Notes: a model not told the origin generated them from the sequence alone. Shown: positions 1-12,394, counted from the first letter of the stretch. The stretch is 64,000 bases of DNA from an uncultured Gammaproteobacteria bacterium (GCA_963797555.1 CAWCPV010000015.1:10585-74584); one strand, 5' to 3'. Numbers and translations are program-made.

Positions 1-341
1 ACAGCCAGGACATTACGTCTCTGACCACCAGGGTGGGCGGGCAAGCCTCCTACGCCGTCAGCCGATCCTGGGGGGTTCTGGTGCCTCAGGGGCGCCTGGA
101 GTGGCTGCACGAATTCGAGGACAACAGCTATCTCATCACGTCGAGTTTTGTGCAGGATTCGGCGGGGGTACCGTTTTCGGTCCCTACGGACACCCCGGAC
201 CGGGATTACTTCAATCTCGGCGTCGGGCTCTCGGCGGTCTTTCCACGGGGGCGGTCCGCCTTCATCAATTACGACACCGTCCTGTTCCGCAACAACCTCA
301 CTCAGCACTTCGTGACAGCCGGGATACGGCTGGAGTTCTGA
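1..341 (+). CDS. Autotransporter-type outer-membrane beta-barrel, C-terminal part (runs off window start)
   Basis: Amphipathic beta-strands (VLVPQGRLEWLHEF, DRDYFNLGVGLSAVF) ending in the BAM signal AGIRLEF with terminal Phe. Confidence 0.8.
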   Translation, partial: SQDITSLTTRVGGQASYAVSRSWGVLVPQGRLEWLHEFEDNSYLITSSFVQDSAGVPFSVPTDTPDRDYFNLGVGLSAVFPRGRSAFINYDTVLFRNNLTQHFVTAGIRLEF

Positions 342-423
342 GAGCTCGTGAATAAATCTGCTCGTCGCTGCGCTCCGGGCGCCCCACTCTCGGGCCACTC
401 GCGACCATTTCTTCACAAGTGCT
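341..423. repeat. MITE-like dispersed repeat, family copy 1 (internally shortened)
   Basis: Imperfect terminal IRs AGAGCTCGTGAATAAATC ... ATTTCTTCACAAGTGCT; 3' half matches 50676-50724 and 52590-52635. Confidence 0.55.
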
Positions 424-475
424 GAGTCCGGATGCCTCCGTTTGGTCCGACCGGCTGCTGGCTCATTCACCGGGT

Positions 476-1363
476 TCACTGGGCCGCCAGCCTCCGGAGG
501 GTGGGGTCGTCCGGGCGCTCTTTCGAAAGCCGCCTCCAATATTGGCGCGCCTCGTCCCTTAGATCCATCTGCTCGAGCAACGCCGCGAACGCCACCCTCT
601 GAGACAGCGTCGCCCCGCTCGTCGGGCGGAGCTTTTCGACCAGTGCTGTTTCCGCGGCATCGGCGACCCGGAACTCTGCCCGGCTGGAGTACCGATGTCC
701 GTCGGGCAACCTGCCCTCGATCTCCCACCCGTAGGTGGCCCCCGGCTGGAGCTGGACCTTCTCCGGGAGCCGGAGGGAGCTGCCGCGGGCGTCCGTCTCG
801 AACAGGATGCGTCCCGCGGAGTCCGTGAGCTCGAAATGGTAGCTTGCCTGCATTTTCACTGGTTGCCACCGGAATACGGGCCGGACTTCCAGGGTCTTGG
901 TATCGACTGGCGCCACGAGCCGCAACCGGTCGGGCAGGGGAACTGCGCGCAACACCACACCGGCTTGCGCCAGCCCCAGCGGCTTGATGGCGACGTCCGT
1001 GGCTCCGGCCCCGAACAGGGCATGCTTGGCCGGCTCCTGTCCCTCCAGGGCGACGGGCTGATCCTCGCGAATGTAAACCTGAGCCGGTCCACGAAAGGTA
1101 AATTCGTTTCCGGACTTGAAGTAGACCAGCGTGAGACGAGCATTCGGCTCCAGGTTGACGAGGACTCCCGGGGCCAGCTCTGTAAGGATCGTGAGCTGGC
1201 TGTTCCCCTGGTCCCACTGGAGCCGAGCCTGTCCCTGCAAATCGGTCACCATGGACACGGTCGGGTTTGCCGCCGCAGAGTGGCTGCACAGCAAAAAGCA
1301 GGCGAGCACGATGCCCCCCCGATACCCCGAGACGAGATTCCCCATGCCATGACGGTTGTGCAT
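476..1363 (-). CDS. Secreted CHASE2-associated protein: FecR-like N-terminus, DUF928-like beta domain, TPR-like C-terminal helices
   Basis: Signal peptide (IVLACFLLCSHSAAA), RPVFRWQPV...YHFELTD...LQPGATYGWEI segment, directly downstream of CHASE2 cyclase. Confidence 0.6.
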   Translation of the reverse strand: MHNRHGMGNLVSGYRGGIVLACFLLCSHSAAANPTVSMVTDLQGQARLQWDQGNSQLTILTELAPGVLVNLEPNARLTLVYFKSGNEFTFRGPAQVYIREDQPVALEGQEPAKHALFGAGATDVAIKPLGLAQAGVVLRAVPLPDRLRLVAPVDTKTLEVRPVFRWQPVKMQASYHFELTDSAGRILFETDARGSSLRLPEKVQLQPGATYGWEIEGRLPDGHRYSSRAEFRVADAAETALVEKLRPTSGATLSQRVAFAALLEQMDLRDEARQYWRRLSKERPDDPTLRRLAAQ

Positions 1364-1383
1364 CTCAGTGCTCCTTCTGAAAA

Positions 1384-3191
1384 TTAGGGGGGCGGGCCAG
1401 CGGGCGGGTGGCCGCGGCTCGGCCAGCCGTAAACCTGTACCGGGGTGTGGCCCTTGACGGGCTGCTCACCCAGGGAGTCGAAGTGTTCGCCGGGCAAGGT
1501 CTCGATCACTGCAGCGGCGCAGATCACCGGGTAGCCAAGCGCCTTGGTGAGCCCTTCCAGGCGTGAGGCGACGTTGACGACGTCGCCGATCGCGGTGTAC
1601 TCGTGCCGCGACTCGGACCCGACGTGACCGATCACCGCATCGCCCACGCACAGACCGATGCCGATGCGGATTGGCGTGACGCCATCCGCCTCCAAGTCGT
1701 GGTTCAAGCTCTCCAGCCTCGAGAGCATCTCCCCTGCGGCGTCCAGCGCCTGACGACAGGGGTTGGCCAGCGGCTTCGGCGCTCCGAAGAACGCCATCAT
1801 GCCGTCGCCGATGAATTTGTCAACCGTTCCGGAATGGTCGTGGACCGCTGCCGTCATGTGAGCGAAGTGGCGATTGAGGAGTCCGATGACCTGCTCGGGC
1901 GGCATGGTCTCGCTGCGCGTCGTGAAGTCCCTAATGTCCGAGAACAAGACGCATACGCGCCGCCGGTGCCCACCCAGTCCGATGTCGAGCCGACCTTCCA
2001 GGATCTCGTCCATGATCTGCGGGCTCACGTAACCGCCGAAGGCGCCGCGAAACGTCGGCGCTCCAGCATCTGGAGCGCGGCTTCACGAGTCTCCCGGCCA
2101 ACCGTGGCGAAGATCGCCGCGCCTAGCATGGTGCTCACGGGCAGCCACCATCCTAGATGCAGCAGCCACGTGGAGACTGCCAGCGCCAGGACAGAGACGA
2201 GCCCGAGCGCGGCTACTGCTCGACCGGGTGCCGTCGCCGTGAACCACAGCAAGGCGGCGAGGACCGTGCCCGTGGCGACCCATCGAGTCGGCACTGCGCG
2301 AATGAGCCCGGGTCCCATGAGGGAACGCAAGGTCTGGCCGTGGATCAACACGCCGGGGACCGCGTACTGCCCTGGCTCCCAGCCCGCCAGGGGCGTGGGC
2401 ACGCGAAGGCGATCCTCGAGAGGGAGGACCGTGCCCAGCAAGACGGGACGGCCTGCGAAGGCGTCCTTCAACGCCTGCTGGTCGCCACGCTCGACCCACT
2501 GCAGGACCTGGATCAGCGGTAGGTAGCGGAACGGCGCCCCCAGCGTGTAGTCGATGATGCCGGCCCGCGCCTCTACGTTGAGGTGTCGGGCCAGGCGGCC
2601 CACCAGTGTGGCCGTCTCGTCCCGCCCGCTGACCAAATCGGGGTCGAAGCGCCGGACCACCCCGTCGGGGTCGGGACGCACTAGGGCGAAACCGGTGGAG
2701 TCCCGACCTGCGAGGGAAACGAAGGGCGCGTAGATGGGCCGCGCCCTCCCCTCAGCGTCCACTGTGCGGCCCAATACCACGGGTACGCGGCCGCGCAGCG
2801 CCAGCAACTCCTTTAGCAGGCGGCGATCCCGGCCGGGGATCAGAAAGTCGTAGGAACGGTCCGGCAGGATCACGTCCAGACCGATGACCGAAGCCTGCCC
2901 AGCAGATGCCGCCTTGAGAAAGGCCCCGAGGTGGGCGTGCCAGAGGGCCATCGGCTCGGGCAGCCGTGATACCGTCTGGCTGTCGATGCCCACGATCACG
3001 ACGTCGCGCGCCACCGGTCGTGTGGCGATTCGGCGTAGCAGAGCGAACTGCCGGTCCAGCAGGCCCAGGTCAAGATGGTCGCTGAGTCCGACTAACTGCA
3101 TGGCGCCGGTCAGTGCGAGGACTGCCAGGAGACCGACGTGGCTCAGCCAGACCGGACGCAGCGCCTCGGTGCTGTCCGCGGGGGTGGGCAT
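1384..3191 (-). CDS. CHASE2-domain adenylate/guanylate cyclase (class III), one frameshift near 2045
   Basis: CHASE2 motifs (DVVIVGID, PDPDGVVRR, PGVLIH), 3 TM helices, then FGGYVSP in the next frame and cyclase motifs VLFSDIRDFT, DKFIGDGMMAFFG, YTAIGDVVNVASRLE. Confidence 0.9.
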
Positions 3192-3440
3192 GTCAGGGGT
3201 GCCGACTGTTGCGTGCTACTCGAAACGACCTCGGGCCGGTTGGCAGGCTGGCTCCGGTCGCCGGCGCAGCGCCCCACCATTGCGGGCGCCTGATTCCCCA
3301 GGCCTCAGCAGCGGGCACGCTCCGGCCCGCCGCTGGCCTCGTTCCGGCGCTTGGAGGAGCGCTGACAACCCATCGCGGAGGTTACCCCTAGACGAGTGCC
3401 GCCAGCAAGGCAGCACCCGCCCCCACGCTGCATGCCGGCC

Positions 3441-3469
3441 TTGACGCCACCGCTCGCCGTGCTTAGAAT
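3441..3469 (+). promoter_or_regulatory. Sigma70-type promoter of the str operon
   Basis: TTGACG - 17 bp - TAGAAT, 65 bp upstream of rpsL. Confidence 0.7.
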
Positions 3470-3533
3470 GCTCGGTCTTTGTGACAGGCAGGCGGTCAAC
3501 CTGCCTGTTGTATTTTAGAGGCCGGAGCCTGAT

Positions 3534-3908
3534 ATGCCCACCACCAACCAGTTGGTCCGCAAGCCTCGCACCAGGAAAAGGGCGAAAGGCGACGTACCGG
3601 CGCTGGAGGCGTGCCCGCAGAAGCGCGGCGTGTGCACCCGCGTGTACACCACAACGCCCAAGAAGCCTAACTCTGCGCTGCGTAAGGTGGCGCGCGTCCG
3701 GCTGACGAACGGCATGGAGGTTACCTCCTACATCGGAGGCGAGGGACACAATCTACAGGAGCACTCCGTGGTGCTGATCCGGGGCGGTCGCGTCAAGGAT
3801 CTGCCAGGCGTTCGCTATCACTTGGTGCGGGGCTCTCTGGACGCCTCGGGTGTGAATAACCGCCGCAAGGGCCGCTCCAAGTATGGTGCGAAGCGTCCCA
3901 AGGCTTGA
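3534..3908 (+). CDS. rpsL: 30S ribosomal protein S12
   Basis: [20 protein letters not shown] motifs. Confidence 0.99.
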   Translation: MPTTNQLVRKPRTRKRAKGDVPALEACPQKRGVCTRVYTTTPKKPNSALRKVARVRLTNGMEVTSYIGGEGHNLQEHSVVLIRGGRVKDLPGVRYHLVRGSLDASGVNNRRKGRSKYGAKRPKA

Positions 3909-4059
3909 CCGTTCACGGCGATATTCGCAGTCCGGAACATGAGACGGGTTACCGCGCCGCCACCGGCCCCTTCGATCTCCGTCTCCTGCGAGAGAGGTGA
4001 GGGGGCAAAGGGCGTCTGCGGAGCATGTTCTCGGTAACCACTATAAGGTAGTAGCTGTC

Positions 4060-4530
4060 ATGCCCAGAAAAGGTTCTGTTCCAAGGCGGGCTATTCTGCC
4101 CGACCCCAAATATGGCAACGTCACCGTGGCCAAGTTCATCAACGTGCTGATGCGCGCTGGGAAAAAGCCGGTGGCCGAGAAGATCGTGTACGGCGCTATG
4201 GAACGTATTGCAGGGAAGGGCAAGGGGGAGCCGGTCGAGTTGCTCGACAAGGCGCTCTCCAACGTGCGCCCCATGGTCGAGGTGAAGTCGAGGCGGGTAG
4301 GCGGAGCCAACTATCAAGTGCCCGTGGAGGTCCGTGCTCTGCGTTCCCAGGCTCTGGCCATGCGCTGGCTGGTGGATGCCGCGCGCAAGCGCGCCGGAAA
4401 GTCCATGGGCGACCGGCTGGCGTCCGAGATTCTGGACGCTTCCGAGAGCCGGGGAGCCGCCGTCAAGAAGCGTGAGGATACGCACCGCATGGCCGAGGCG
4501 AACAAGGCGTTTTCGCATTACCGGTGGTAA
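4060..4530 (+). CDS. rpsG: 30S ribosomal protein S7
   Basis: MPRKG start, [23 protein letters not shown]. Confidence 0.99.
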   Translation: MPRKGSVPRRAILPDPKYGNVTVAKFINVLMRAGKKPVAEKIVYGAMERIAGKGKGEPVELLDKALSNVRPMVEVKSRRVGGANYQVPVEVRALRSQALAMRWLVDAARKRAGKSMGDRLASEILDASESRGAAVKKREDTHRMAEANKAFSHYRW

Positions 4531-4548
4531 TCCTGGGAGCGACTGACC

Positions 4549-6642
4549 GTGCCACGCAAGACGCCGATTGAGCGTTACCGGAACATCGGCATCATGGCGC
4601 ACATCGATGCCGGTAAGACCACGACCACGGAGCGCATCCTGTATTACACCGGCGTGTCCCATAAGCTTGGTGAGGTGCACGAAGGCACCGCCACGATGGA
4701 CTGGATGGCGCAAGAGCAGGAGCGGGGAATCACGATTACTTCCGCGGCCACGACGTGCTTCTGGAAGGGTATGGAGCAGCAGTATCCGGAGCACCGGATC
4801 AACATTATCGACACGCCGGGCCACGTAGACTTCACCATCGAGGTGGAACGTTCGTTGCGTGTCCTCGATGGGGCGTGCGCTGTGTTCTGCGCGGTGGGCG
4901 GCGTCGAGCCGCAGTCCGAGACGGTGTGGCGTCAGGCCAACAAGTACGGCGTCCCCAGACTGGCCTTCGTGAACAAGATGGACCGCGCGGGGGCCAACTT
5001 CGTCCGCGTCGTGGATCAGATGCGCACACGTCTGGGGGCTAAACCGGTACCGCTGCAGCTCCCCATCGGCGCAGAGGATACGTTCAAGGGCATCGTGGAT
5101 CTCGTCAGGATGAAGGCCATCTACTGGGATGAAGCCACCATGGGGATGCGCGTCGATGAGGCCGAGATTCCAGCCGATATGCGCTCGGATTGCGATGAGT
5201 GGCGCGAGAAGCTTGTCGAGGCGGCCGCAGAGGCATCCGAGGACCTGATGGAGAAGTATCTGGAGGGTGAGCCCCTGAGCGAGGGGGAGATCCGCAAGGC
5301 CATCCGTATCCGTACGCTGCGTAACGAGATCGTTCCGATACTGTGCGGTTCCGCCTTCAAGAATAAGGGTGTCCAGGCGATGTTGGATGCGGTGATCGAG
5401 TATCTCCCGTCGCCGGTGGACGTTCCCGCCATCAACGGCATACTGGAGGACGGGAGCGTGGCGGAGCGTCAGCCTTCCGACGATCAGCCGTTCTCCGCCC
5501 TGGCCTTCAAGATCGCCACGGACCCCTATGTCGGTACTCTGACGTACCTGCGGGTCTATTCCGGGCAGCTGAAGGGGGGTGAGCAAGTCTATAACCCGGT
5601 GAAGAGCGGGCGGGAGCGCATCGGCCGCATTCTTCAGATGCATGCCAACCACCGCGAGGAGCGTAAGGAGGTGTTCACCGGGGACATCGTCGCTGCCGTG
5701 GGGCTGAAGAACGTGACCACTGGCGATACGCTGTGCGACATGAATCGGGTAATTACCCTGGAGCGCATGGAGTTTCCGGCGCCGGTAATCTCGGTGGCCG
5801 TGGAGCCGAAGACCAAGGCCGACCAAGAGAAGATGGGTGTTGCCCTGGGCAAATTGGCCGCCGAGGACCCGTCCTTCCGAGTGCATACCGACGAGGAATC
5901 CGGTCAGACCATTATTTCCGGTATGGGTGAGCTGCACCTCGAGATCATCGTCGACCGTATGAAGCGGGAGTTCAACGTCGAGGCCAACGTGGGCGCTCCG
6001 CAGGTGGCCTATCGCGAGACCATCCGGACCGCGGTCGAGCAGGAGGGCAAGTTCGTACGTCAGTCGGGCGGCCGCGGCCAGTACGGGCACGTGTGGCTGC
6101 GCTTGGAGCCGAAAGAGCCTGGCACCGGCTACGAGTTCGTCAACGGCATCGTGGGAGGCGTCATTCCCAGGGAATATATCCCGGCGGTCGGCAAGGGTGT
6201 GCAGGAGCAACTGGACAACGGGGTGATCGCGGGTTTTCCGGTGGTCGACGTAAAGGTTACCCTCTATGACGGCTCCTACCATGAGGTGGATTCCAGCGAA
6301 ATGGCTTTCAAGATTGCCGGCTCCTTGGCCTTCAAAGAAGGAGCACGTCGAGCCAGGCCGGCTCTGCTCGAGCCCATCATGAAGGTCGAGGTAGTGACCC
6401 CGGAGGAGTATATGGGCGACGTCATGGGTGACCTGAACCGTCGTCGTGGGCTGGTGCAGGGGATGGAGGAATCTCCGGCCGGGAAGATCATCCGTGCGGA
6501 GGTGCCGCTGGCGGAGATGTTCGGCTACGCGACGGACTTGCGCTCCGCGACCCAGGGCCGGGCAACCTATTCCATGGAGTTCTCGAAGTACCTTGAAGCT
6601 CCCGCCAACATTGCCGAGGCGGTTATCAAGAAGGCGCACTGA
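4549..6642 (+). CDS. fusA: Elongation factor G
   Basis: [26 protein letters not shown] motifs. Confidence 0.99.
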   Translation: MPRKTPIERYRNIGIMAHIDAGKTTTTERILYYTGVSHKLGEVHEGTATMDWMAQEQERGITITSAATTCFWKGMEQQYPEHRINIIDTPGHVDFTIEVERSLRVLDGACAVFCAVGGVEPQSETVWRQANKYGVPRLAFVNKMDRAGANFVRVVDQMRTRLGAKPVPLQLPIGAEDTFKGIVDLVRMKAIYWDEATMGMRVDEAEIPADMRSDCDEWREKLVEAAAEASEDLMEKYLEGEPLSEGEIRKAIRIRTLRNEIVPILCGSAFKNKGVQAMLDAVIEYLPSPVDVPAINGILEDGSVAERQPSDDQPFSALAFKIATDPYVGTLTYLRVYSGQLKGGEQVYNPVKSGRERIGRILQMHANHREERKEVFTGDIVAAVGLKNVTTGDTLCDMNRVITLERMEFPAPVISVAVEPKTKADQEKMGVALGKLAAEDPSFRVHTDEESGQTIISGMGELHLEIIVDRMKREFNVEANVGAPQVAYRETIRTAVEQEGKFVRQSGGRGQYGHVWLRLEPKEPGTGYEFVNGIVGGVIPREYIPAVGKGVQEQLDNGVIAGFPVVDVKVTLYDGSYHEVDSSEMAFKIAGSLAFKEGARRARPALLEPIMKVEVVTPEEYMGDVMGDLNRRRGLVQGMEESPAGKIIRAEVPLAEMFGYATDLRSATQGRATYSMEFSKYLEAPANIAEAVIKKAH

Positions 6643-6678
6643 TTCATCAGTGTCGGTCGTGGCCTCAGGAGCACATCG

Positions 6679-7869
6679 ATGGCTAAGGAGAAGTTTCAGC
6701 GCACCAAGCCGCATGTCAATGTGGGCACTATTGGGCATGTGGATCATGGCAAGACCACGTTGACGGCGGCGATCACCAAGGTGATGGCGGCGAAGTTTGG
6801 TGGGGAGTTCAAGAGCTATGATCAGATCGACTCGGCGCCCGAGGAGAAGGCGCGTGGGATTACCATTGCCACGGCGCATGTGGAGTATCAGTCGGAGAGG
6901 CGGCACTATGCGCATGTGGACTGTCCCGGGCATGCCGATTATGTGAAGAACATGATCACCGGTGCGGCGCAGATGGACGGGGCCATTTTGGTGGTCTCGG
7001 CGGCTGATGGTCCGATGCCCCAGACGCGCGAGCATATTTTGCTGGCGCGTCAGGTGGGGGTGCCCCACATCGTGGTGTACATGAACAAGGCGGACATGGT
7101 GGATGATCCCGAGTTGTTGGAGTTGGTGGAGTTGGAGGTACGGGATCTGCTGAGCAGCTATCAGTTTCCTGGGGATGACACGCCGGTGGTGGTGGGTTCG
7201 GCGCTGAAGGCGTTGGAGGGGGATGGCTCCGAGCTTGGGGTGCCGTCCATCTACAAGTTGATGGAGGCGATGGATGCGTTCATTCCGGTGCCTGAGCGTG
7301 CGGTGGATCAGCCGTTTTTGATGCCCATTGAGGATGTGTTCTCGATCTCTGGGCGTGGGACGGTGGTGACGGGGCGGGTGGAGCGTGGCAAGGTCAAGGT
7401 GGGTGAAGAGGTCGAGATTGTGGGGTTGAGGCCCACGCAGAAGACCACGGTGACTGGGGTGGAGATGTTTCGCAAGCTGCTCGATGAGGGGGTAGCGGGG
7501 GACAATGTGGGGGTGTTGTTGCGTGGGACCAAGCGTGATGAGGTGGAGCGTGGGCAGGTGGTGTGCCGGCCCGGTTCCATCACTCCGCACACTCAGTTTG
7601 AGTGTGAGGTGTATGTGTTGTCGAAGGAGGAGGGGGGTCGGCACACGCCGTTTTTCCATGGGTACCGGCCGCAGTTTTACTTTCGCACCACGGATGTGAC
7701 CGGCTCCATTGAGTTGCCCGAGGGGGTAGAGATGGTGATGCCTGGGGACAATGTGAAGCTGAAGGTGAATCTGATTGCCCCCATTGCCATGGAGGAGGGA
7801 GTGCGCTTCGCCATCCGCGAGGGCGGACGCACCGTCGGCGCCGGCGTGGTGTCGAAGGTCATCGAGTAG
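6679..7869 (+). CDS. tuf: Elongation factor Tu
   Basis: [31 protein letters not shown]. Confidence 0.99.
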   Translation: MAKEKFQRTKPHVNVGTIGHVDHGKTTLTAAITKVMAAKFGGEFKSYDQIDSAPEEKARGITIATAHVEYQSERRHYAHVDCPGHADYVKNMITGAAQMDGAILVVSAADGPMPQTREHILLARQVGVPHIVVYMNKADMVDDPELLELVELEVRDLLSSYQFPGDDTPVVVGSALKALEGDGSELGVPSIYKLMEAMDAFIPVPERAVDQPFLMPIEDVFSISGRGTVVTGRVERGKVKVGEEVEIVGLRPTQKTTVTGVEMFRKLLDEGVAGDNVGVLLRGTKRDEVERGQVVCRPGSITPHTQFECEVYVLSKEEGGRHTPFFHGYRPQFYFRTTDVTGSIELPEGVEMVMPGDNVKLKVNLIAPIAMEEGVRFAIREGGRTVGAGVVSKVIE

Positions 7870-7874
7870 TCTCC

Positions 7875-8186
7875 ATGGCAAAACAGCGAATTCGTATACG
7901 GCTGAAGGCATTCGATCACCGGCTGATCGACCAGTCTGCGCGGGAGATCGTCGAGACCGCGAAACGCACAGGTGCGCATGTGCACGGTCCTATTCCGCTG
8001 CCGACCAAGAAAGAGCGCTTCACTGTGCTGACCTCTCCCCACGCCGATAAAGACGCGCGCGATCAGTACGAGATCCGGACCCACAAGCGCCTCATGGACA
8101 TCATCGATCCCACCGACAAGACGGTGGATGCGTTGATGAAGCTCGATCTGGCAGCGGGCGTGGACGTGCAGATCAAGCTCTACTGA
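7875..8186 (+). CDS. rpsJ: 30S ribosomal protein S10
   Basis: [21 protein letters not shown]. Confidence 0.99.
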   Translation: MAKQRIRIRLKAFDHRLIDQSAREIVETAKRTGAHVHGPIPLPTKKERFTVLTSPHADKDARDQYEIRTHKRLMDIIDPTDKTVDALMKLDLAAGVDVQIKLY

Positions 8187-8210
8187 GCACGGACCTAAGG
8201 ACTAGCAGCC

Positions 8211-8876
8211 ATGGGCATCGGGGTCGTCGGAAGAAAGTGCGGCATGACGCGTGTGTTCGCCGAGGACGGAACGTCGGTGCCGGTGACGGTGATCGAGGTG
8301 GAGCCTAACCGCGTCACCCAGGTGAAGACGGCGCAACGCGATGGTTATCGCGCGGTGCAGGTGACTGCGGGCACGCGCCGTGCTAGCCGGGTAACGCGGC
8401 CCCTCGCCGGGCACTTCGCCCGGGCCGGAGTCGAGGCCGGGCGCGGACTGTGGGAGTTCAGGCTGCAGCCCGACGAAGGGCAGGACTTGGTGCCGGGCAG
8501 CGAGGTCAAAGCCGATATCTTCTCGCCGGGTCAGAAAGTCGACGTGCGCGGGACCAGCATCGGCAAGGGCTTTGCCGGGACCATCAAGCGGCATCACTTC
8601 GCCCGCGGCGATGCGACCCATGGCAACTCGCTCTCTCACCGGGCGCCTGGTTCCATCGGTCAGAGACAGACTCCAGGTAGGGTCTACAAGGGTAAGCGCA
8701 TGGCTGGGCACCTCGGCAACGTACAGCGTTGCGCACAAAACTTAGAGGTGGTGAGAGTCGAGACGGCCCGCAACCTGTTGCTGGTCAAAGGGGCGGTCCC
8801 TGGTGCCAAGGGAGGCGACGTCGTTGTCACTGCGGCCGCCAAGGTTCGTCGAGGGAGAACCGGCCATGGAGCTTAA
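8211..8876 (+). CDS. rplC: 50S ribosomal protein L3
   Basis: [26 protein letters not shown]; 3' end overlaps rplD start by 11 nt. Confidence 0.98.
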   Translation: MGIGVVGRKCGMTRVFAEDGTSVPVTVIEVEPNRVTQVKTAQRDGYRAVQVTAGTRRASRVTRPLAGHFARAGVEAGRGLWEFRLQPDEGQDLVPGSEVKADIFSPGQKVDVRGTSIGKGFAGTIKRHHFARGDATHGNSLSHRAPGSIGQRQTPGRVYKGKRMAGHLGNVQRCAQNLEVVRVETARNLLLVKGAVPGAKGGDVVVTAAAKVRRGRTGHGA

Positions 8877-9483
8877 ACTGCTGGCTCAGGGTGCTGCGCA
8901 GGGTGCCGGCGTGGAGGTTTCGGACCAGGTCTTCGGGCGCGACTTCAACGAGGCATTGGTGCACCAAGTGGTGACGGCCTATCTGGCGCGTGCTCGCCGG
9001 GGAACACGCGCGCAGAAGAGTCGAGCGGAAGTCACGGGTAGCGGCAAGAAGCCGTGGCGGCAAAAGGGCACCGGACGAGCGCGCGCGGGGAGCGTTACCA
9101 GCCCCTTGTGGCGAGGTGGCGGGGTCACCTTCGCCGCGCGCCCGACGAGCTACGCCCAGAAGGTGAACAAGAAGATGTACCGGGGCGCGATGCGCTCCAT
9201 TCTCTCAGAGCTGGTGCGCCAGGGTCGTTTGGCCGTCGTCGAGGAGATATCGCTTCCCGACGCCAAGACGAAGAGCCTGGTCAGCTATCTTGTCGGTGTG
9301 GGGGTGAGCGAAGCGTTGCTCGTGACCGAGGTTGCCGACGACAAGGTGATGGCCGCTGCCCGAAATCTCCCGGGCGTGGAGGTGCGGCGGGCGGGCAGCC
9401 TGGATCCGGTGAGCCTCATCGCTTTCGACAAGGTCCTCATGACGCGGGGAGCAGTGAAGGCCCTCGAGGGGCGCGTGTCATGA
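8866..9483 (+). CDS. rplD: 50S ribosomal protein L4
   Basis: [14 protein letters not shown] motif. Confidence 0.98.
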   Translation: MELKLLAQGAAQGAGVEVSDQVFGRDFNEALVHQVVTAYLARARRGTRAQKSRAEVTGSGKKPWRQKGTGRARAGSVTSPLWRGGGVTFAARPTSYAQKVNKKMYRGAMRSILSELVRQGRLAVVEEISLPDAKTKSLVSYLVGVGVSEALLVTEVADDKVMAAARNLPGVEVRRAGSLDPVSLIAFDKVLMTRGAVKALEGRVS

Positions 9484-9776
9484 ATCAGGAACGGCTGATG
9501 GCGATCCTTTTGGGACCGGTGGTATCCGAGAAGAGCACCTCCGTGGCCGACCGCTACCGGCAGTTCGTGTTCCGGGTGACCTCGGACGCCCGTAAGCCCG
9601 AGATCAAGAAGGCCGTGGAGCAGCTGTTCAAGGTGGCGGTTGAGAAGGTTACGGTGTGCAACGTCAAGGGCAAACGCAAACGTTTCCGGGGCAGGTTCGG
9701 GGCGCGCAGGGCGTGGCGGAAGGCGTACGTCAGCCTTAAGCCGGGCCATGACATCAATTTCACCGGCGGCGCGTAA
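9480..9776 (+). CDS. rplW: 50S ribosomal protein L23
   Basis: MNQERL...PVVSEKS...KAYVSL; ATGA overlap with rplD. Confidence 0.97.
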   Translation: MNQERLMAILLGPVVSEKSTSVADRYRQFVFRVTSDARKPEIKKAVEQLFKVAVEKVTVCNVKGKRKRFRGRFGARRAWRKAYVSLKPGHDINFTGGA

Positions 9777-9788
9777 CGGAGGTCGGCG

Positions 9789-10610
9789 ATGGCGTTGGTC
9801 AAGGCAAGACCCACTTCCCCGGGGCGGCGTTTTGCGATACGCGTCGTCACCCCCGGTCTACATAAGGGCGATCCGCATACCCCCTTGGTGGTGCATGCCA
9901 ACAAGAAGGGCGGGCGTAACAACCGGGGGCGGATCACGGTCCGCCACCGGGGTGGTGGCCACAAACGCCATTACCGATTGGTGGACTTCAGGCGCGACAA
10001 GGATGGTGTCCTGGGGAAGGTGGAACGCATCGAGTACGATCCCGGCCGTAGCGCTCATATCGCGCTCGTCCTCTACTCGGACGGCGAGCGGCGCTATATC
10101 ATCGCCTCCAAGGGGGTCGAGGTCGGTGGAAACATCGTCTCCGGGGTGGATGCGCCGATCAGCCCCGGCAACTGCCTGCCGTTGCGCAACATCCCAGTGG
10201 GGACCCAGGTGCACTGCGTGGAGCTGAAGCCGGGCAAGGGCGCTCAGATCGCCCGCAGTGCGGGAGCCGCGGTGCAGCTCATCGCCAGGGAAGGCGCTTA
10301 CGCAACCCTGAGGCTGCGCTCCGGAGAGATTCGCAAGGTGCTGGCGGACTGCAGGGCGAGCATCGGGGAGGTGGGCAATGGCGAGCACAACCTGCGCTCT
10401 CTGGGCAAAGCCGGGGCGGCGAGGTGGCGAGGCAGGCGTCCCACCGTACGCGGAGTGGCGATGAATCCGGTGGATCACCCGCACGGTGGGGGTGAGGGTA
10501 AGACCTCGGGCGGGCGGCATCCGGTGAGCCCATGGGGAGTTCCCACGAAGGGCTACAAGACTCGGCGCAATAAACGGACGAGCGCGATGATCGTGCGGCG
10601 CGGCAAATAG
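9789..10610 (+). CDS. rplB: 50S ribosomal protein L2
   Basis: [17 protein letters not shown]. Confidence 0.99.
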   Translation: MALVKARPTSPGRRFAIRVVTPGLHKGDPHTPLVVHANKKGGRNNRGRITVRHRGGGHKRHYRLVDFRRDKDGVLGKVERIEYDPGRSAHIALVLYSDGERRYIIASKGVEVGGNIVSGVDAPISPGNCLPLRNIPVGTQVHCVELKPGKGAQIARSAGAAVQLIAREGAYATLRLRSGEIRKVLADCRASIGEVGNGEHNLRSLGKAGAARWRGRRPTVRGVAMNPVDHPHGGGEGKTSGGRHPVSPWGVPTKGYKTRRNKRTSAMIVRRGK

Positions 10611-10630
10611 CAGAAAGCGAGGTTAGCGAG

Positions 10631-10903
10631 GTGCCACGTTCAGTCAAGAAGGGTCCCTTTGTCGACTTACACCTGCTCGGCAAGGTGTCGGAGGCGGTGG
10701 CGACCAACAGTCGGCGTCCCATCAGGACCTGGTCGCGGCGCTCTACCGTCACCCCCGAGATGGTGGGGTTGACGATCGCAGTTCACAACGGCCGGCAACA
10801 TGTCCCGATCCTGGTTACCGAGAACATGGTGGGTCACAAGCTGGGTGAGTTCGCCCCGACGCGCACCTTCAAGGGGCACGTGGGCAGCAAGAAGACGAAA
10901 TGA
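10631..10903 (+). CDS. rpsS: 30S ribosomal protein S19
   Basis: [22 protein letters not shown]. Confidence 0.99.
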   Translation: MPRSVKKGPFVDLHLLGKVSEAVATNSRRPIRTWSRRSTVTPEMVGLTIAVHNGRQHVPILVTENMVGHKLGEFAPTRTFKGHVGSKKTK

Positions 10904-10922
10904 CGGCTATCGGGGCTCGCTT

Positions 10923-11255
10923 ATGCAAGTTGCAGCAAGACTGAAGTACGCGCGGATATCGGCTCAGAAGTGTCGCCTGGTAGCTAACCAGATACGTGGC
11001 CTGCGAGTGGACCGGGCGCTCGATGTTTTGACGTTTAGCTCAAAGAAGGCGGCCGGTCTCGTGAAGAAGGTCCTCGAGTCCGCCATCGCCAACGCCGAGC
11101 ACAACGCCGCTGCTGATATCGATGAGTTGAAGGTCGCGCGGGTGCAAGTGGACGAAGGCCCCGCCCAAAAGCGCATGCAGGCACGGGCAAAGGGCCGCGG
11201 CACGCGCGTCCTGAAGCGCACCAGCCACATCACTGTGGCTGTTTCGGACGATTGA
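10923..11255 (+). CDS. rplV: 50S ribosomal protein L22
   Basis: [25 protein letters not shown]. Confidence 0.98.
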   Translation: MQVAARLKYARISAQKCRLVANQIRGLRVDRALDVLTFSSKKAAGLVKKVLESAIANAEHNAAADIDELKVARVQVDEGPAQKRMQARAKGRGTRVLKRTSHITVAVSDD

Positions 11256-11264
11256 GGGGGCTGC

Positions 11265-11930
11265 ATGGGACACAAGGTACATCCGATCGGCATACGCCTG
11301 GGGATCGTGAAGGACTGGTCCTCCAAGTGGTTCACCAGCTCTCGCCAATTTCCGGAATACCTGCACACGGACATGAAGGTTAGGGACTTCATCAAGCGTA
11401 AGCTTGCACACGCCTCGGTGAGCCGCATCGAGATCGAGAGGCTGGCGGGAAAGGCGAATATCACCGTCCACACGGCCCGTCCCGGGATCGTCATCGGTAA
11501 GAAGGGCGAGGACATCGAAGCGCTGCGCAGGGAGATTTCGGCCATGATGGGTATCGCTACCCATATTCGTATCGAGGAGATACGCAAGCCGGAGATCGAT
11601 GCGCAGCTGGTGGCGGAGAGCGTGGCTCAGCAGCTGGAGCGGCGCATCATGTTCAGACGCGCGATGAAGAGGGCGGTGACCAATGCCATGCGACTCGGGG
11701 CGCAGGGCATCAAGATCAATGTCTCGGGACGCTTGGGCGGCGCAGAGATCGCCCGCAGCGAATGGTACCGGGAAGGACGAGTGCCGCTGCACACCCTGCG
11801 GGCGGATATTGACTACGGATTCGCCGAGGCGCGCACCACTTACGGGGTGATTGGCGTCAAGGTGTGGGTATTCAAGGGCGAGGTATTCGATCAGGCAGAG
11901 CGCACGGAACAGGTGGCGCAGCCGGCATAG
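11265..11930 (+). CDS. rpsC: 30S ribosomal protein S3
   Basis: [26 protein letters not shown]. Confidence 0.99.
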   Translation: MGHKVHPIGIRLGIVKDWSSKWFTSSRQFPEYLHTDMKVRDFIKRKLAHASVSRIEIERLAGKANITVHTARPGIVIGKKGEDIEALRREISAMMGIATHIRIEEIRKPEIDAQLVAESVAQQLERRIMFRRAMKRAVTNAMRLGAQGIKINVSGRLGGAEIARSEWYREGRVPLHTLRADIDYGFAEARTTYGVIGVKVWVFKGEVFDQAERTEQVAQPA

Positions 11931-11980
11931 TCCGGTCGCGGGAGCGAGCCGGCGGCAGGGAAACACGAGGCGCTTGAACG

Positions 11981-12394
11981 ATGCTACAGCCAAAGAGGAC
12001 CAAGTTCCGGAAACAGAGAAAGGGGCGCAATCGCGGCCTAGCCGCCGCCGGAACTCGGGTGAGCTTCGGGGAGTTCGGGTTGAAGGCGATCACCCGAGGC
12101 CGGGTGACGGCGCGCCAGATCGAAGCCGCGCGCCGAGCGATCGTGCGCCATGTCAAGCGTGGTGGGAAACTGTGGATCCGAATCTTCCCGGATAAGCCTA
12201 TCAGCAAGAAGCCGCTGGAAGTGCGCATGGGCGGTGGCAAGGGCAACGTGGAGTATTGGGTGGCGCAGATCCAGCCGGGGCGCGTGCTGTATGAGATGGA
12301 GGGCGTCTCGGAGGACGTAGCCCGCGTGGCCCTGAGGCTCGCCGCGGCCAAGCTCCCGGTGCAGACGACGTTCGTGACGAGGACGGTGTTGTGA
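11981..12394 (+). CDS. rplP: 50S ribosomal protein L16
   Basis: [18 protein letters not shown]. Confidence 0.99.
   Translation: MLQPKRTKFRKQRKGRNRGLAAAGTRVSFGEFGLKAITRGRVTARQIEAARRAIVRHVKRGGKLWIRIFPDKPISKKPLEVRMGGGKGNVEYWVAQIQPGRVLYEMEGVSEDVARVALRLAAAKLPVQTTFVTRTVL

Noticed and set aside
3949-7911. 1320-aa ORF antisense to rpsG-fusA-tuf
   Set aside because: Shadow ORF from codon bias of conserved sense genes; no recognisable motifs
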